DNA of 64,000 nucleotides from Eukaryota sp. TZLM1-RC. Lineage: Eukaryota > Protista > Metamonada: BaSk clade. Position 1 is the stretch's first letter. Each line of letters begins with the position of its first letter. Both the position numbers and the translations under genes were made by a program. This document shows, piece by piece, positions 11,076 through 22,600 of the stretch. The DNA lies in assembly GCA_040285825.1 (NCBI GenBank), contig JAUPSS010000003.1, positions 558,001-622,000 on the forward strand, given 5' to 3'. The notes under the pieces are model-generated. The model was not told the DNA's origin, ran no database searches, and worked only from the letters and a program-made list of their open reading frames with translations.

Positions 11076-12059
11076 AGAGAGTAAACAATCCTGTGTGACT
11101 TTGACATACAATAAAGTTGATCCCTTACCGCATCATAACTTTTGATCGGGAAGTATTATGGTGTTTGCAAAAAAGAGGGGATTTGGAGGAATTTCGTATC
11201 CACGTTTGCAGATCAAATTGTGAGGCACGTTCAATATGCATGATTAGGAGTTTGGCACATTTTACACCAGAATCAGTGGCAGATTCCGGCATCAGCAACT
11301 AACCTATCAACAATGACGAAGTCTTTATATAGATTTATGTAAGGTAGACTTCGTTGTAGAGGTGAAAAATTTGGAAAAATTCCAAATCAAGACCTGTGAT
11401 TTTCATTCGAAAGACACTCTCTCCACTCCTTCTGCTATCAATCCGCACTTATTGCGCATCATTAATGTGCTTTTTTCAATGGATAACATTCCTGTCACAC
11501 CTGACAATAACTAATTCCCAGACTAATTCCTCTTCAGTCAATTCTTTTAGCTTTCGTACAAAATCAAAGAAAGGGAAAGGGTAGTGTAGTACTGTGGATC
11601 AATTAGTCTAGTATGTAATAGACTTCACTAGTGATGGCCTTTATAGGGGCCAGTGAATATCAACAAATATTCTTACTTTATTTTTATTGTTATGTCTCAC
11701 AATACATCATCAATTCTATATTTAGTGAGTTCGTTTAAGATTCTAAATACCTTCTTTGTCAAACTTCTCCTAGTTCCCCCACATCTCTGATCAGTTTTGA
11801 TGATCAATCAGATGAAGAAGAATATTTAAAGTATCTTCTCAACACCACGCATATCCATCACTCTTTTCCCACCCTAGCTTTCGGGAAAAAGAGTGGTTAG
11901 GGTGAACAAAAGAAACCCCAGCGTTATATGCACAAACTGGGAACCCCAAATAGACAATTTATCAAAACATTTGAGCTCACCTATTCCAGTGTAAATTGAG
12001 GTAAACATGATAAAATTTATATTACATAAGAACGGATCAATTTTCGTGCGGGATTATCA

Positions 12060-12570
12060 CCGTGGTTTTTGTTTTTCATTAAACCTACTTTTCAAACACC
12101 AGGACATCTAAGTCATTCTCAACCATTCGAATTTCTTGTCTTAATTCGTCAACCAACTATTTCCTTGCTGTTCAGATTTATGTTCAGGCGTTATGGCTAA
12201 GTATTAATCCGTTTTCTACTCTCAAAATACATTAAATCACGTTTTTAGGGTCACAAACAACGATTCGTTTATCCACAAAAATATTGACATTAACATCATC
12301 AATGTACAAATCAGAAATACTGGCCTTGTAGTTTGAGTAACATTTTTGACCTTCCAAATTCCGGCGAACAAATTCCACTGCATTATTGAATCCATCTGTG
12401 TGAATAAAGTTGTTAAATTTATTAATCTTTTGTTTGAAAATTGGTTGGTGCAAACCGAGAATATTAACCAAAAGTCAAATTGTTCAGGTAGTTTCAATCT
12501 ATCATCGTGGGCTTGTATATTGTTCATTTTCAATCTCTGTTTAGGCAACAAATCATCAATGCTTGTTTGA
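12060..12570 (-). mobile_element. Fanzor remnant (WED to RuvC-I)
   Basis: FNNFIHTDGF..VEF, LYIDD, KRIVVCDP; paralog at 50589-51000. Confidence 0.65.
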
Positions 12571-12574
12571 TTAT

Positions 12575-13190
12575 GGTATATATTGTTCTTTTGTCAATTG
12601 GAAAATATCATGGATCTACATTGGTTTATACAGGGGTAACGTGATAAGATTTCCCCTCCCGACTGGCAATAAATTGAGCAATCAGTATTGCTGGTTTCAA
12701 GAATATCTGAATATTTTTTCCAACAGCCTCTGCAACAAAATATAGATCGACTGAAAATATAATGTCAAGCAGACTTTCATCCATGACTAAACAAGTAAAT
12801 GGTGTTATAAGACCATAAATAATTTCGTCACGTTCATTGTTTCTAATATCATGATGTTGACACAAATTTAAAAACTTATCATCAAGAAGGTCTGAAATAT
12901 TTTCAGGTGCAAGTTTTAAAGAACTCAAGTAATCTCTATCATCAACTAAAAACATATTTTTGAATTGTCGAAGTCCAAATCTGTATAATGAAATGGCGGT
13001 AGAAAATGGCGTTGCGTACCCACCCAGTTTGTGCATTTCTGCTAACACATTTTCAACATCTACTTAGTCAGAATTAAAAGGAAATACATTAGTGAATTGG
13101 TCATGAAGTGTAATTTTCTTCCGATTCATCATCTTATAACAAGATTGTGTAAACTATGTCCATATTGGATTTTGATAAATTTTTTTGGCA
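12575..13190 (-). pseudogene. Decayed ORF of unknown origin
   Basis: 140-aa ORF 12626-13048, extendable through in-frame stops; no recognised motif. Confidence 0.35.
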
Positions 13191-13258
13191 AAATCCAAAA
13201 ATATTCTGCTGATTAAATCCATTTTCACTCATTTTGAGACATTAGCTTTTGTTCCCGA

Positions 13259-14395
13259 ATGTCACATTTACCATCCTCCTTTGAAGATGCTAAAACTTAT
13301 GTTCGTCAAGTTCTCGAGAAAAACTCTTCATTAGCTGCAATACAGGCAGATATACGAAAACAGGTCAGTCTTGCAGTCCTAGATGACCGACCGTTTCCCA
13401 AGACTAAGACGCTTCACAAAGATTCCCCACAGGCACTCAAAGTGACACATCTTGTTTCAGAATGGCTTTCCTTTTACGGGTTCCAACATACTGCTTCAGT
13501 TCTTAATGCTGAGGCTGCTTTGCAGGACACATCTTCTAGAGATGATCTCATTTCAGCTTATTCATTGCCAAGCTCACCATCTGAGCCTCTTCTACTCACC
13601 CTACTGTCATCTTTGGACGCTGGAGTTACTCTACCACCACCAGAGTCTACTCCAACTGAAGTCAAGGAAGTTCTCAGTGTATCAAAATCCTCAGAGGAAG
13701 AAAAGTCTAGTCCCGAACACGTTCGCTCAGTTTCTCCCCCCATTCATTATTCATCTCCTTCCCCCTTCTCCCCTGTCGCTGGAGATCTCGAACGGAATTC
13801 TCCAGTTGAGATCAGCAATGAGCAGTCTGTTGCTGATGTCCTTCCTTCTACTCCATCACCACCCTCTGCACACCCCTCTCCTCTCCCTCCATCCCCCCTA
13901 CCTAAGGAAATGCAAGAAGAAGAAGAAGAAAAAGTTGATTCATTTCTGTTCCTGCGATCTGCTTCTGCTTCTAGTAACAACAACACAGTCTCTGGTGAAA
14001 TGAAAGGGTCCGGTTTAAAGTCATTACCACCATTGGAAAAGTCTCCGGCCAGTTTGCCTGAACTGAAAGTTGTCAAACAAAGTCCAAAGGAAAGTGTCAA
14101 AAATGCACTTGATTTTGACCTAGATGTTAATTTCTCTGATTTTTCTGATTTTTCTGATGATGATGGCGTTACTCCTACAGCCAAATTGAACGCATTGAAT
14201 AAAGGGATTAAGAAATTAGAAGAGGAAAATGGTGTGTCAGAGTCTCTGGATTCTTTGACTACTTCAATTGGTTCCAAAATTCCTGTGGTTTCAGATGCCA
14301 AGTCTGCGGATTTCAATCAATCAAACATGATTGATTTAGATGATATACCGAGTTTTGATTCCGTCTCTGACTTATCTGATGATGATTTTAGCTAA
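13259..14395 (+). CDS. CEP43: FOP/CEP43-like centrosomal LisH protein
   Basis: VRQVLEKNSSLAAIQADIRKQV and LVSEWLSFYGFQHTASVLNAEA (FOP dimerisation/LisH) followed by a low-complexity tail. Confidence 0.75.
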   Translation: MSHLPSSFEDAKTYVRQVLEKNSSLAAIQADIRKQVSLAVLDDRPFPKTKTLHKDSPQALKVTHLVSEWLSFYGFQHTASVLNAEAALQDTSSRDDLISAYSLPSSPSEPLLLTLLSSLDAGVTLPPPESTPTEVKEVLSVSKSSEEEKSSPEHVRSVSPPIHYSSPSPFSPVAGDLERNSPVEISNEQSVADVLPSTPSPPSAHPSPLPPSPLPKEMQEEEEEKVDSFLFLRSASASSNNNTVSGEMKGSGLKSLPPLEKSPASLPELKVVKQSPKESVKNALDFDLDVNFSDFSDFSDDDGVTPTAKLNALNKGIKKLEEENGVSESLDSLTTSIGSKIPVVSDAKSADFNQSNMIDLDDIPSFDSVSDLSDDDFS

Positions 14396-14960
14396 CCTTA
14401 AATTTTTATTTTTAATGTATTTTATTCATTGTTCTGCCGTGTGTTTTATTTGTATAAATTAAGATTTTTTCATCTTGTTTCACCGTTGTGTACTTATCCA
14501 CCATCTTTACATTTTTTTAATCACCATTAAATGGTACACCAGGGTTGGGATTATATAAATGTATCTTGATGTCTTGCTTCATTATGAAGAACCCTTTTTG
14601 AATTGTTCTGTAATATTGATTAGTCAATATATAGAAGTCTCCCATATAATTGATTTTTTCACAGGAAACTATGTTGATTTGTCTTTATATTAGACGTGAT
14701 TTTAAATTCATCACTAAGTTTTGTTGAAATGATTTACTTCATCAGACAGTGCAAAAGGGTAGAAGGAACTGCATTCAAATCACTTTCCTTTAACAAAAAA
14801 CTGTTTATCCCGTTGATCCCACTCAGTTGATGTGACACAGAAGATCACCAAGACAAACATCTAAATTTCAAATTTCATCATTATGATCTACAGTAAGGTC
14901 TACAGTAAGGTCTACAGTTTTCTTCAAATCTGAGAAATGCGAATCATGAGATATTTTCTA

Positions 14961-15929
14961 ATGCAATCCAAGATCTTATTGTTTGGTGCCTCTGGTAAAC
15001 AAGGTACATGCTGCCTTGAATCAATGCTCAATCATGAAAAGTTTTCGCAAGTGGAGAAGGTAAGACTCTTCTGTCGTCACTCCAATGACCGTTTGGAATC
15101 TTTAATTTCCCGATCAAGAGGCAAATTTGAGTTGTTTACAGGAAACATTGCTGATCAATCCAAAGTTAATGAAGCTATGAACGGTATGCAGTGTTGTGTT
15201 TTGATTCAGAATCCGGGCGAATACAACCAAGACTTCAATGAAGGGTCTCGTTTGGAATTAGAATACGGTAAAACTGTTGTCGATTCAGCTGCTCAAAACA
15301 ATGTCTCCAACTTTGTTCTTTCTTCTTGGGCTTCTGCGTGTTCAGCCAAGGAAGTTCCGCATTTTCAAAGTAAATGTAAGCTAGAGACCTATCTGAAAGA
15401 AAAAGAGTCCAGTTTCCAAAACTTTAACCTCGTTCGTCCATGTTGGTTTATGGTTTGTCGCTCCTTCATTTCACCTTAGGAAAACTTGGAGTGGGAGGAA
15501 GAATTCTCTAATCCTATTCGTAATGAACAGAAGTTGCGTTTACCTTTGAAGGCCAATACCAACTTACCAATGTGTTCAGCTCATGATGCTGGACGGGCTC
15601 TCACTGAATGCGCTTTGGATCCTTCAAAGTTGTCTCATCATAACAACATTGTTGAAATTTGTGGAGATGTACAAAAATGCGAAGACATGGCCCGTATGTT
15701 GAACTGCCAGTTTGAAGAATGTAGACCACAAGATTTGCAAAATCCTGCTTACCAAAAGATGTACGAATACCTTCAAACTGAACCCATCCGTCCTGATATG
15801 GAATTCTGTAAAACATGTATTCCCAATATGAAGACTTTTCAGCAATTTTGCAGTCAAAGCTCGCTAATGGAAAAGTCTCGTCCCCAAGTGGGTAAAGAAC
15901 AGGCTGCAGCCGGTGTATCTAGAACTTAG
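14961..15929 (+). CDS. NmrA-like NAD(P)-binding protein, copy 1; 27-nt intron at 15453-15479
   Basis: ILLFGASGKQG, VPHFQSK; splicing gives RPCWFMENL, the NmrA motif. Confidence 0.9.
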
Positions 15930-15989
15930 ATGTTTTGTATTGTGATAAAAACCTGATATGGATTTGCTTCAACATTAATAACATACTGC

Positions 15990-16310
15990 CCACCCAACAG
16001 CATGAAAAATACAATTTGTATTTAGTAGTATTTTCTCTATTTGGTTCGCTTGCTCTACGGCTATACGTTTTTCTTGACAGTTTTGAAATGATTATAAAGA
16101 GAAGAACCAACAGAAAATTCAACAGATTGTCTTGGCAAAATAGAATTGTGTTTTATATTTTTAAGGTGATGTTAAAGACGGTTTCTGATGCTTTGCTTTT
16201 TCTTGGATCTCACTATGAGAGAGTTGCATCTAGTTGTGTTGTTTTGGGAGAGATGGATTATTTGGATGATGATTTTTAATTTTTTAATAAATAAATATAA
16301 ATTAAATTAA
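15990..16310 (+). mobile_element. Short 3' fragment of a subfamily A retrotransposon
   Basis: QQHEKYNLY..WQNRIVF..LGEMDYL with an A/T-rich tail. Confidence 0.8.
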
Positions 16311-16723
16311 TAACAAATTGTGATAATCCTTTCTGTAGTCAGCCCAAGCTTGTTACTCATCAGAGGACCTAGAGTATGCGGAAATTGATACCTTTTTCGA
16401 TGTACAGTTGATTCGATTATTCACCATAAATGGGTCATTTTTCCTAGTATATAGCAAATAGGTATTGAATCATTACCTTATTTTGATCACTTACAGATCA
16501 GGAATTCAAACTAACCATCGCACTTCTGTACTGATCAAGTGTTCCTTTTCTATTTAACCATTATCACTGTTACCATTATTGATGTTCTGTACCAGTACAT
16601 GCAATGGTGATCATTTGTTAAATAAACATTATATTGGTACAGCTGAATAAAAATGTTTCAGTCTTCAATAATAATGCTTGTTGAAGCAAATCCATATCAG
16701 GTTTTTATCACAATACAAAACAT

Positions 16724-17692
16724 CTAAGTTCTAGATACACCGGCTGCAGCCTGTTCTTTACCCACTTGGGGACGAGACTTTTCCATTAGCGAGCTTTGAC
16801 TGCAAAATTGCGGAAAAGTCTTCATATTGGGAATACATGTTTTACAGAATTCCATATCAGGACGGATGGGTTCAGTTTGAAGGTATTCGTACATCTTTTG
16901 GTAAGCAGGATTCTGCAAATCTTGTGGTCTACATTCTTCAAACTGGCAGTTCAACATACGGGCCATGTCTTCGCATTTTTGTACATCTCCACAAATTTCA
17001 ACAATGTTGTTATGATGAGACAACTTTGAAGGATCCAAAGCGCATTCAGTGAGAGCCCGTCCAGCATCATGAGCTGAACACATTGGTAAGTTGGTATTGG
17101 CCTTCAAAGGTAAACGCAACTTCTGTTCATTACGAATAGGATTAGAGAATTCTTCCTCCCACTCCAAGTTTTCCTAAGGTGAAATGAAGGAGCGACAAAC
17201 CATAAACCAACATGGACGAACGAGGTTAAAGTTTTGGAAACTGGACTCTTTTTCTTTCAGATAGGTCTCTAGCTTACATTTACTTTGAAAATGCGGAACT
17301 TCCTTGGCTGAACACGCAGAAGCCCAAGAAGAAAGAACAAAGTTGGAGACATTGTTTTGAGCAGCTGAATCGACAACAGTTTTACCGTATTCTAATTCCA
17401 AACGAGACCCTTCGTTGAAGTCTTGGTTGTATTCGCCCGGATTCTGAATCAAAACACAACACTGCATACCGTTCATAGCTTCATTAACTTTGGATTGATC
17501 AGCAATGTTTCCTGTAAACAACTCAAATTTGCCTCTTGATCGGGAAATTAAAGATTCCAAACGGTCATTGGAGTGACGACAGAAGAGTCTTACCTTCTCC
17601 ACTTGCGAAAACTTTTCATGATTGAGCATTGATTCAAGGCAGCATGTACCTTGTTTACCAGAGGCACCAAACAATAAGATCTTGGATTGCAT
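16724..17692 (-). CDS. NmrA-like protein, copy 2; intron at 17174-17200
   Basis: Identical to copy 1 except Q>P near the C-terminus. Confidence 0.9.
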
Positions 17693-19651
17693 TAGAAAAT
17701 AACTCATGATTCGCATTTCTCAGATTTAAAGAAAACTGTAGACCTTACTGTAGACCTTACTGTAGATCATAATGATGAAATTTGAAATTTAGATGTTTGT
17801 CTTGGTGATCTTCTGTGTCACATCAACTGAGTGGGATCAACGGGATAAACAGTTTTTTGTTAAAGGAAAGTGATTTGAATGCAGTTCCTTCTACCCTTTT
17901 GCACTGTCTGATGAAGTAAATCATTTCAACAAAACTTAGTCAGCAAGAAAAGAACCTTCCAAATCATCATCAGCTCCATCTAGTGATAATCAAAATCAAC
18001 TAGCCAGGAAACCTTCCATTCAATTGGCTTTTCAGTTTTCTACTTCAATGATTACCTTAGTTTCAAGTTGCTAAATGTAATAACCAGAAGAAAGTGGTAA
18101 ACTGTGATCAGAAGACACTTGGTCAATGAATTTGTAAACAGGGGGATGAGACATGAGAATGATTCAGTGTTGATCAGTTAGAGATGAAATAAGGAATATT
18201 GAAGATTTATTGTACTACTGGAATTAGTATGTGTACAATAAAATATAAGTAATTATGCGTTATGAGTATGGTCAAATAACCACGTCTTCCAATCATTTTA
18301 ATTTCTGACCATATATAGGTCGGCGACCTGTCGGCTGATGGGCCGGAGATATTCCGACAGGTTGGATGTTCAACACGTCCGATAATATCAATGTTGCTTT
18401 CTTATCGAAAAGAAAATGAAAAAAGTGACCTGTTGAAATAACATGTGTAATGTAAGTCGTGGAACTTAGGAGCACTTCATAATTCATTCTTTCAAAAATG
18501 ATATTAAAAAATCATTTTTATTGAATTGTAAATAATGAACCAGAATTGAAGTGTTTTTTTTGGTATCCTATTTTATTTATCATATAGTCTATCAAAACTT
18601 TATTTATTTCCTTCGTTGTTTATCCATCATTGTGTGGCATGGGACACTAAAGCTATTGCCTGTTGGTGTATAACATTCATTTTACTACCGTTTTATTTAT
18701 TTTATTTTTATTTTATTTTTACAATCGTTTTATTTACTTATTGTATCGTTGTTTTATCAACATTCCTTGACCTTTCTATTGTAGCAGTGATAGTAGAATA
18801 GAACGCACTAAAGACATCACACATACCTCTGCGCTTCATTGAACTGGTGACTTTGCACCATTTTCCCTTTCAGATAAGTAGAATTTTCAAAAGTTATCCA
18901 GGTCGTTATGCTAAAGAAAGATAGTCGTAGACAGTGAAAAGGATTGTGGGTTTGGCGGAATGGTAAAAATGAGATAGTACGTCCTTCATCCCATGTCCAA
19001 TTAGCCGCTGCTTTCAAGGAATAGTTAGTAATTCTGGAACTGATTCACAATAATGACTATACCAAAAGAAAACCATACCAAAAACCAATTTAGAGATTAC
19101 AATTTCAAAATTAGTGTTCGAAACTAAATCGTATTACAAATTAAATAACCAAATAAAAACTGAAACATTAATGAGTGTTGAATTAATGAAGTGATAATTA
19201 ATTTTTGTTTAAATTCCAAGTCAATCCAAGAAGCATTAATTCATCTATGTCATGTCTCGAAGCGACACAATCTTGACCAATTTGAGCAGCAAAGACAAGT
19301 TCTTGAGCCTTGTTTGAAATATTCAACTTGTCAACATCAATCAATTCCAATCCAAGTAATATTCCGAATAAAAATAGCTTAGAGCGATCAGTTTCAGATT
19401 CTAAATTATCAAAACAAGTAAGGTGAGAGATTGTAGGAAACGAGTGCTTTTTGAACACAAGACCCCTAGCGTTTAGAACATTTCAATAAGAGTCTTCAAA
19501 TCCAACATAATTTTGATCTAAACTGATCATCTTCGGATGGTTAAATTTAGACCTGTGGATGTGGTTGAAGTATTGGAAATTGACATCTTAGATAAAGATT
19601 TCAGATAAAGAATGCATTTTTAGTCAAAACCACAGACATCCTTCACAACCT

Positions 19652-22600
19652 ATGAGCAACATTCAGAGGGAGTCCCTCTTCGGAGAATCATCATCTACAT
19701 CTCGCAAACGCAAAGCTCCGAGACCTACTACCCTGACAAAGAAGTCAAACCCATCTCCATCATACAAGTCAAACACTGCACTATATCCAGCAGGAACACA
19801 GTCTTTAGGTTTAGTTACCCGTGTTGCTCCTAATTTCTTATTCCTTACTCTTCCTGGGGATGTTACGGCCTACGTTAATGTGTCCAATGTCTCCGATGAA
19901 CTCAATGAAGTACTAGAGGCCGACCCCAACTGTTCTCTTGTCGACTTTTTCTCCATCGGAGACGTTGTTTTGGGAGTAGTTCTCCAAGCCGGTCACCGCC
20001 CTGTCCTCTCTCTTGTGCCTTCTGCCGTTAATTACAGCCTTGCTGATTCAGAGATTGATTCATCCACTCCTGTTTCTATAGTGGTCAAAAGTGAAGAAGA
20101 CCATGGATGGCTCTGCTCAACTGGACTTGATTTACCTGCTTTTCTTCCACTACAGGGAAACAGTCAGCTGAAAATTGGTAAAGTCCACGTGGCATATGTT
20201 GTCAAATCTTCACCAAGACACTTACAAGTCTCAATCCCTTTGAAATTGGAAGTTCCCAACATCAGTGTAGACATTAAAGAGTTGGCGAAAAGAGCAGAAG
20301 CATTGGCTGATCAAGCTGAAGAAAAACCTCTTAAAAAAATAATTAAGCGTGATAATCTGATAAATTCTACCAAACTGTATTCAAAAGTACCTATTAAATC
20401 TGCCAATAATGCAGGAATCCAGCTTTTATTACCAACTGGCGAAGTTTTTCTCTACAAAACCCACCTCTCCGATTTTTGCTCACATAATGATGCTATTTTG
20501 GAGTTTATCAAAACAGTTTTAAACAAAATTGATCAATTAAAAGTTGCAGCGAGGACCGGAACTGTTTACTTTCCTAAGAAAATGATCAAATTGATGAATG
20601 AATTAGGTCTAGAAGTTGATAATTTCATTTTAAAAGCTGGTCATGTCTTAACCCTTCACTACCCTGGTTTTTTTTCATTTCCTACCATGAAGAGGTCTGT
20701 TATTGAAGACTTTATTAATAATTTATATCCTGATTCCCCTCTCAAACTCAGTCCTCACCAAGAGTTTTTTGGATTTGTTAAAAAAGTTTTTGAAAATAAA
20801 GTTATTGTTGGTTTCCCTAACAATTTGACAGGACTATTACGGACAGAAAAGGGAAACCAGTTCGTAACCGATCAATCAATCAGAGTCCGGGTCAAATCAG
20901 TCAACTCTGAAGGAAAGTTCCTTTTATCATTCGCCCAATCAATCAAATGTGATTCCCTCTTTCACTCACTTGCCACTCTTCACACCATGGAACCAACCTT
21001 AACCCTTCCTCAACTTCCTCAACCAGGAACACTTATTGAAGCAGTTCCCGTCCAGGAAACAGAGTTTGGCCTTGTTCTTTCATTGGTAACTGGTGGAAGG
21101 GAGCAGCCTACTACTTCAGAAGACGTCACCATTGTGGTTCCCAAAGATCACTTTATCGCCACTGAAGAATCCCCTGTTTGGGTTAGGGTGTTGTCAGTCA
21201 AGGCTAAGATTGGATTAGTTGAAGCGACAATGAAGCCTGAGCTTGTTGGTTCGGTTCCCAGTCGTGAAAAGTCTCTGGAAACACGTGGAAAGTTCAAAAA
21301 ACAAAAGTCTAGTTTGGTTAAGCAAGATGATGACGTCATGGGGTCAATAATACACGTCAGCAATGATTCAATCATTTTCTCTTTCAGTCAAGAAGAGTCA
21401 AGAAGACCTTTGTTCATTTTGGTCCCATGTCCGTTGGTTTCAGCCGGGTTAATGAGTAACACTACTGAATTTGATGAATTAGTCAAGGTGTTTCCTATTG
21501 GTTTTCAGACTTCAATCAAAATTAAATCAATTGGAAAAGATGGGTCAATAATAGGTCAAGTCAAGGAATGTCTTGCTGATATGATTGAAGAATCGCAGAA
21601 GGGGAAATCTGTTGCTGATTTCTCTCTGAATTATCATGAACTGTCTGAGGATGTGAAGCAATCAATTGATGACCTATCATCTCAAAAACACGACCATACA
21701 GGAAACCTGACTGTTGGGCAACGAGTATCGGCTGTCATTAGTTCTCTTTCCAATGGTTTTTACTATCTTTCTCTCTCCCCTACCACACATGGGAAACTCT
21801 TACACGTGGACTGTGGTCATTCACGTGACTCTGTTTTGGAATTTGTGAGCAATGCAAGAGTTGGTGATTTGGTAACGGCTTTCATTACTAGTATTGATAA
21901 TGGATTAATGTTTTCTCTTGTTGATCAACCTCTGATTAAAGATGTAGTCACTGTTTGTCGTATCGAGTCAAAGTTCAAAACTTTTGGTCGCTTAGTCCAA
22001 CTACCAGGTAACAGGAAGGGTGTCGTCCATCCCTGTGATGTCTCTGATGATTTGACACGAGTGGGAGAAGGTTTTGGGGAGGGGGAAGTTGCTGAGTGCA
22101 AGATTGTTGACGTTTGTGGTGACGTGGTCAAGGTTTCATTAAAGGAAAGTGATTTTAGTGATTCGGCAGCCAAACCAATCACAGTTGATGATTTGATTGT
22201 CGGTCAAGAACTTCAAGGACTTGTCGTTGGTCAATCTGAGTCTGGTTTATTTGTCGACATATCTCGCGAATTCACCGGAAGAGTTCGTAGTAGTCAAGTA
22301 TCTGGTAAGGTTTTAATTGGTGATGTAATCAAGGTTTATGTATTGTCTATTCTCGACAAAAAGGCATCTCTTTCTATGAAATCATTTGCAAAGAAATCTG
22401 CCCCTTTAACACCCAAAGATCAAGGGAAAGTGCTTGATTGCACAGTCAAGAATGTTCAAAATTTTGGTCTCTTCCTTGCCGCTGGGCTTCACAACAAGAC
22501 CTTTAATATGAGATCCTTGCCTACTGTTTTTGTTCATAAATCGAAGGTTTTTGATAAAGGAAATGAAGTTGATCTTGAGAATAGGTTCTCCATTGGTGAT

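Larger units (their letters stand above)
14713..17940. repeat. 1262-bp inverted duplication (arms 14713-15974 and 16679-17940, 704-bp spacer)
   Basis: Arms are reverse complements with about 5 mismatches seen. Confidence 0.95.

Noticed and set aside
13452-14316. Long overlapping or antisense ORFs inside host genes, here and elsewhere
   Set aside because: Shadow frames of genuine CDSs with no independent motifs.
18330-18350. Hammerhead ribozyme core (CTGATG)
   Set aside because: Lacks CUGANGA and a correctly placed GAAA.
19020-19620. Decayed LRR-like or host-family pseudogene fragments (also 27600-28320 and 39120-39600)
   Set aside because: Too degraded to assign by eye.
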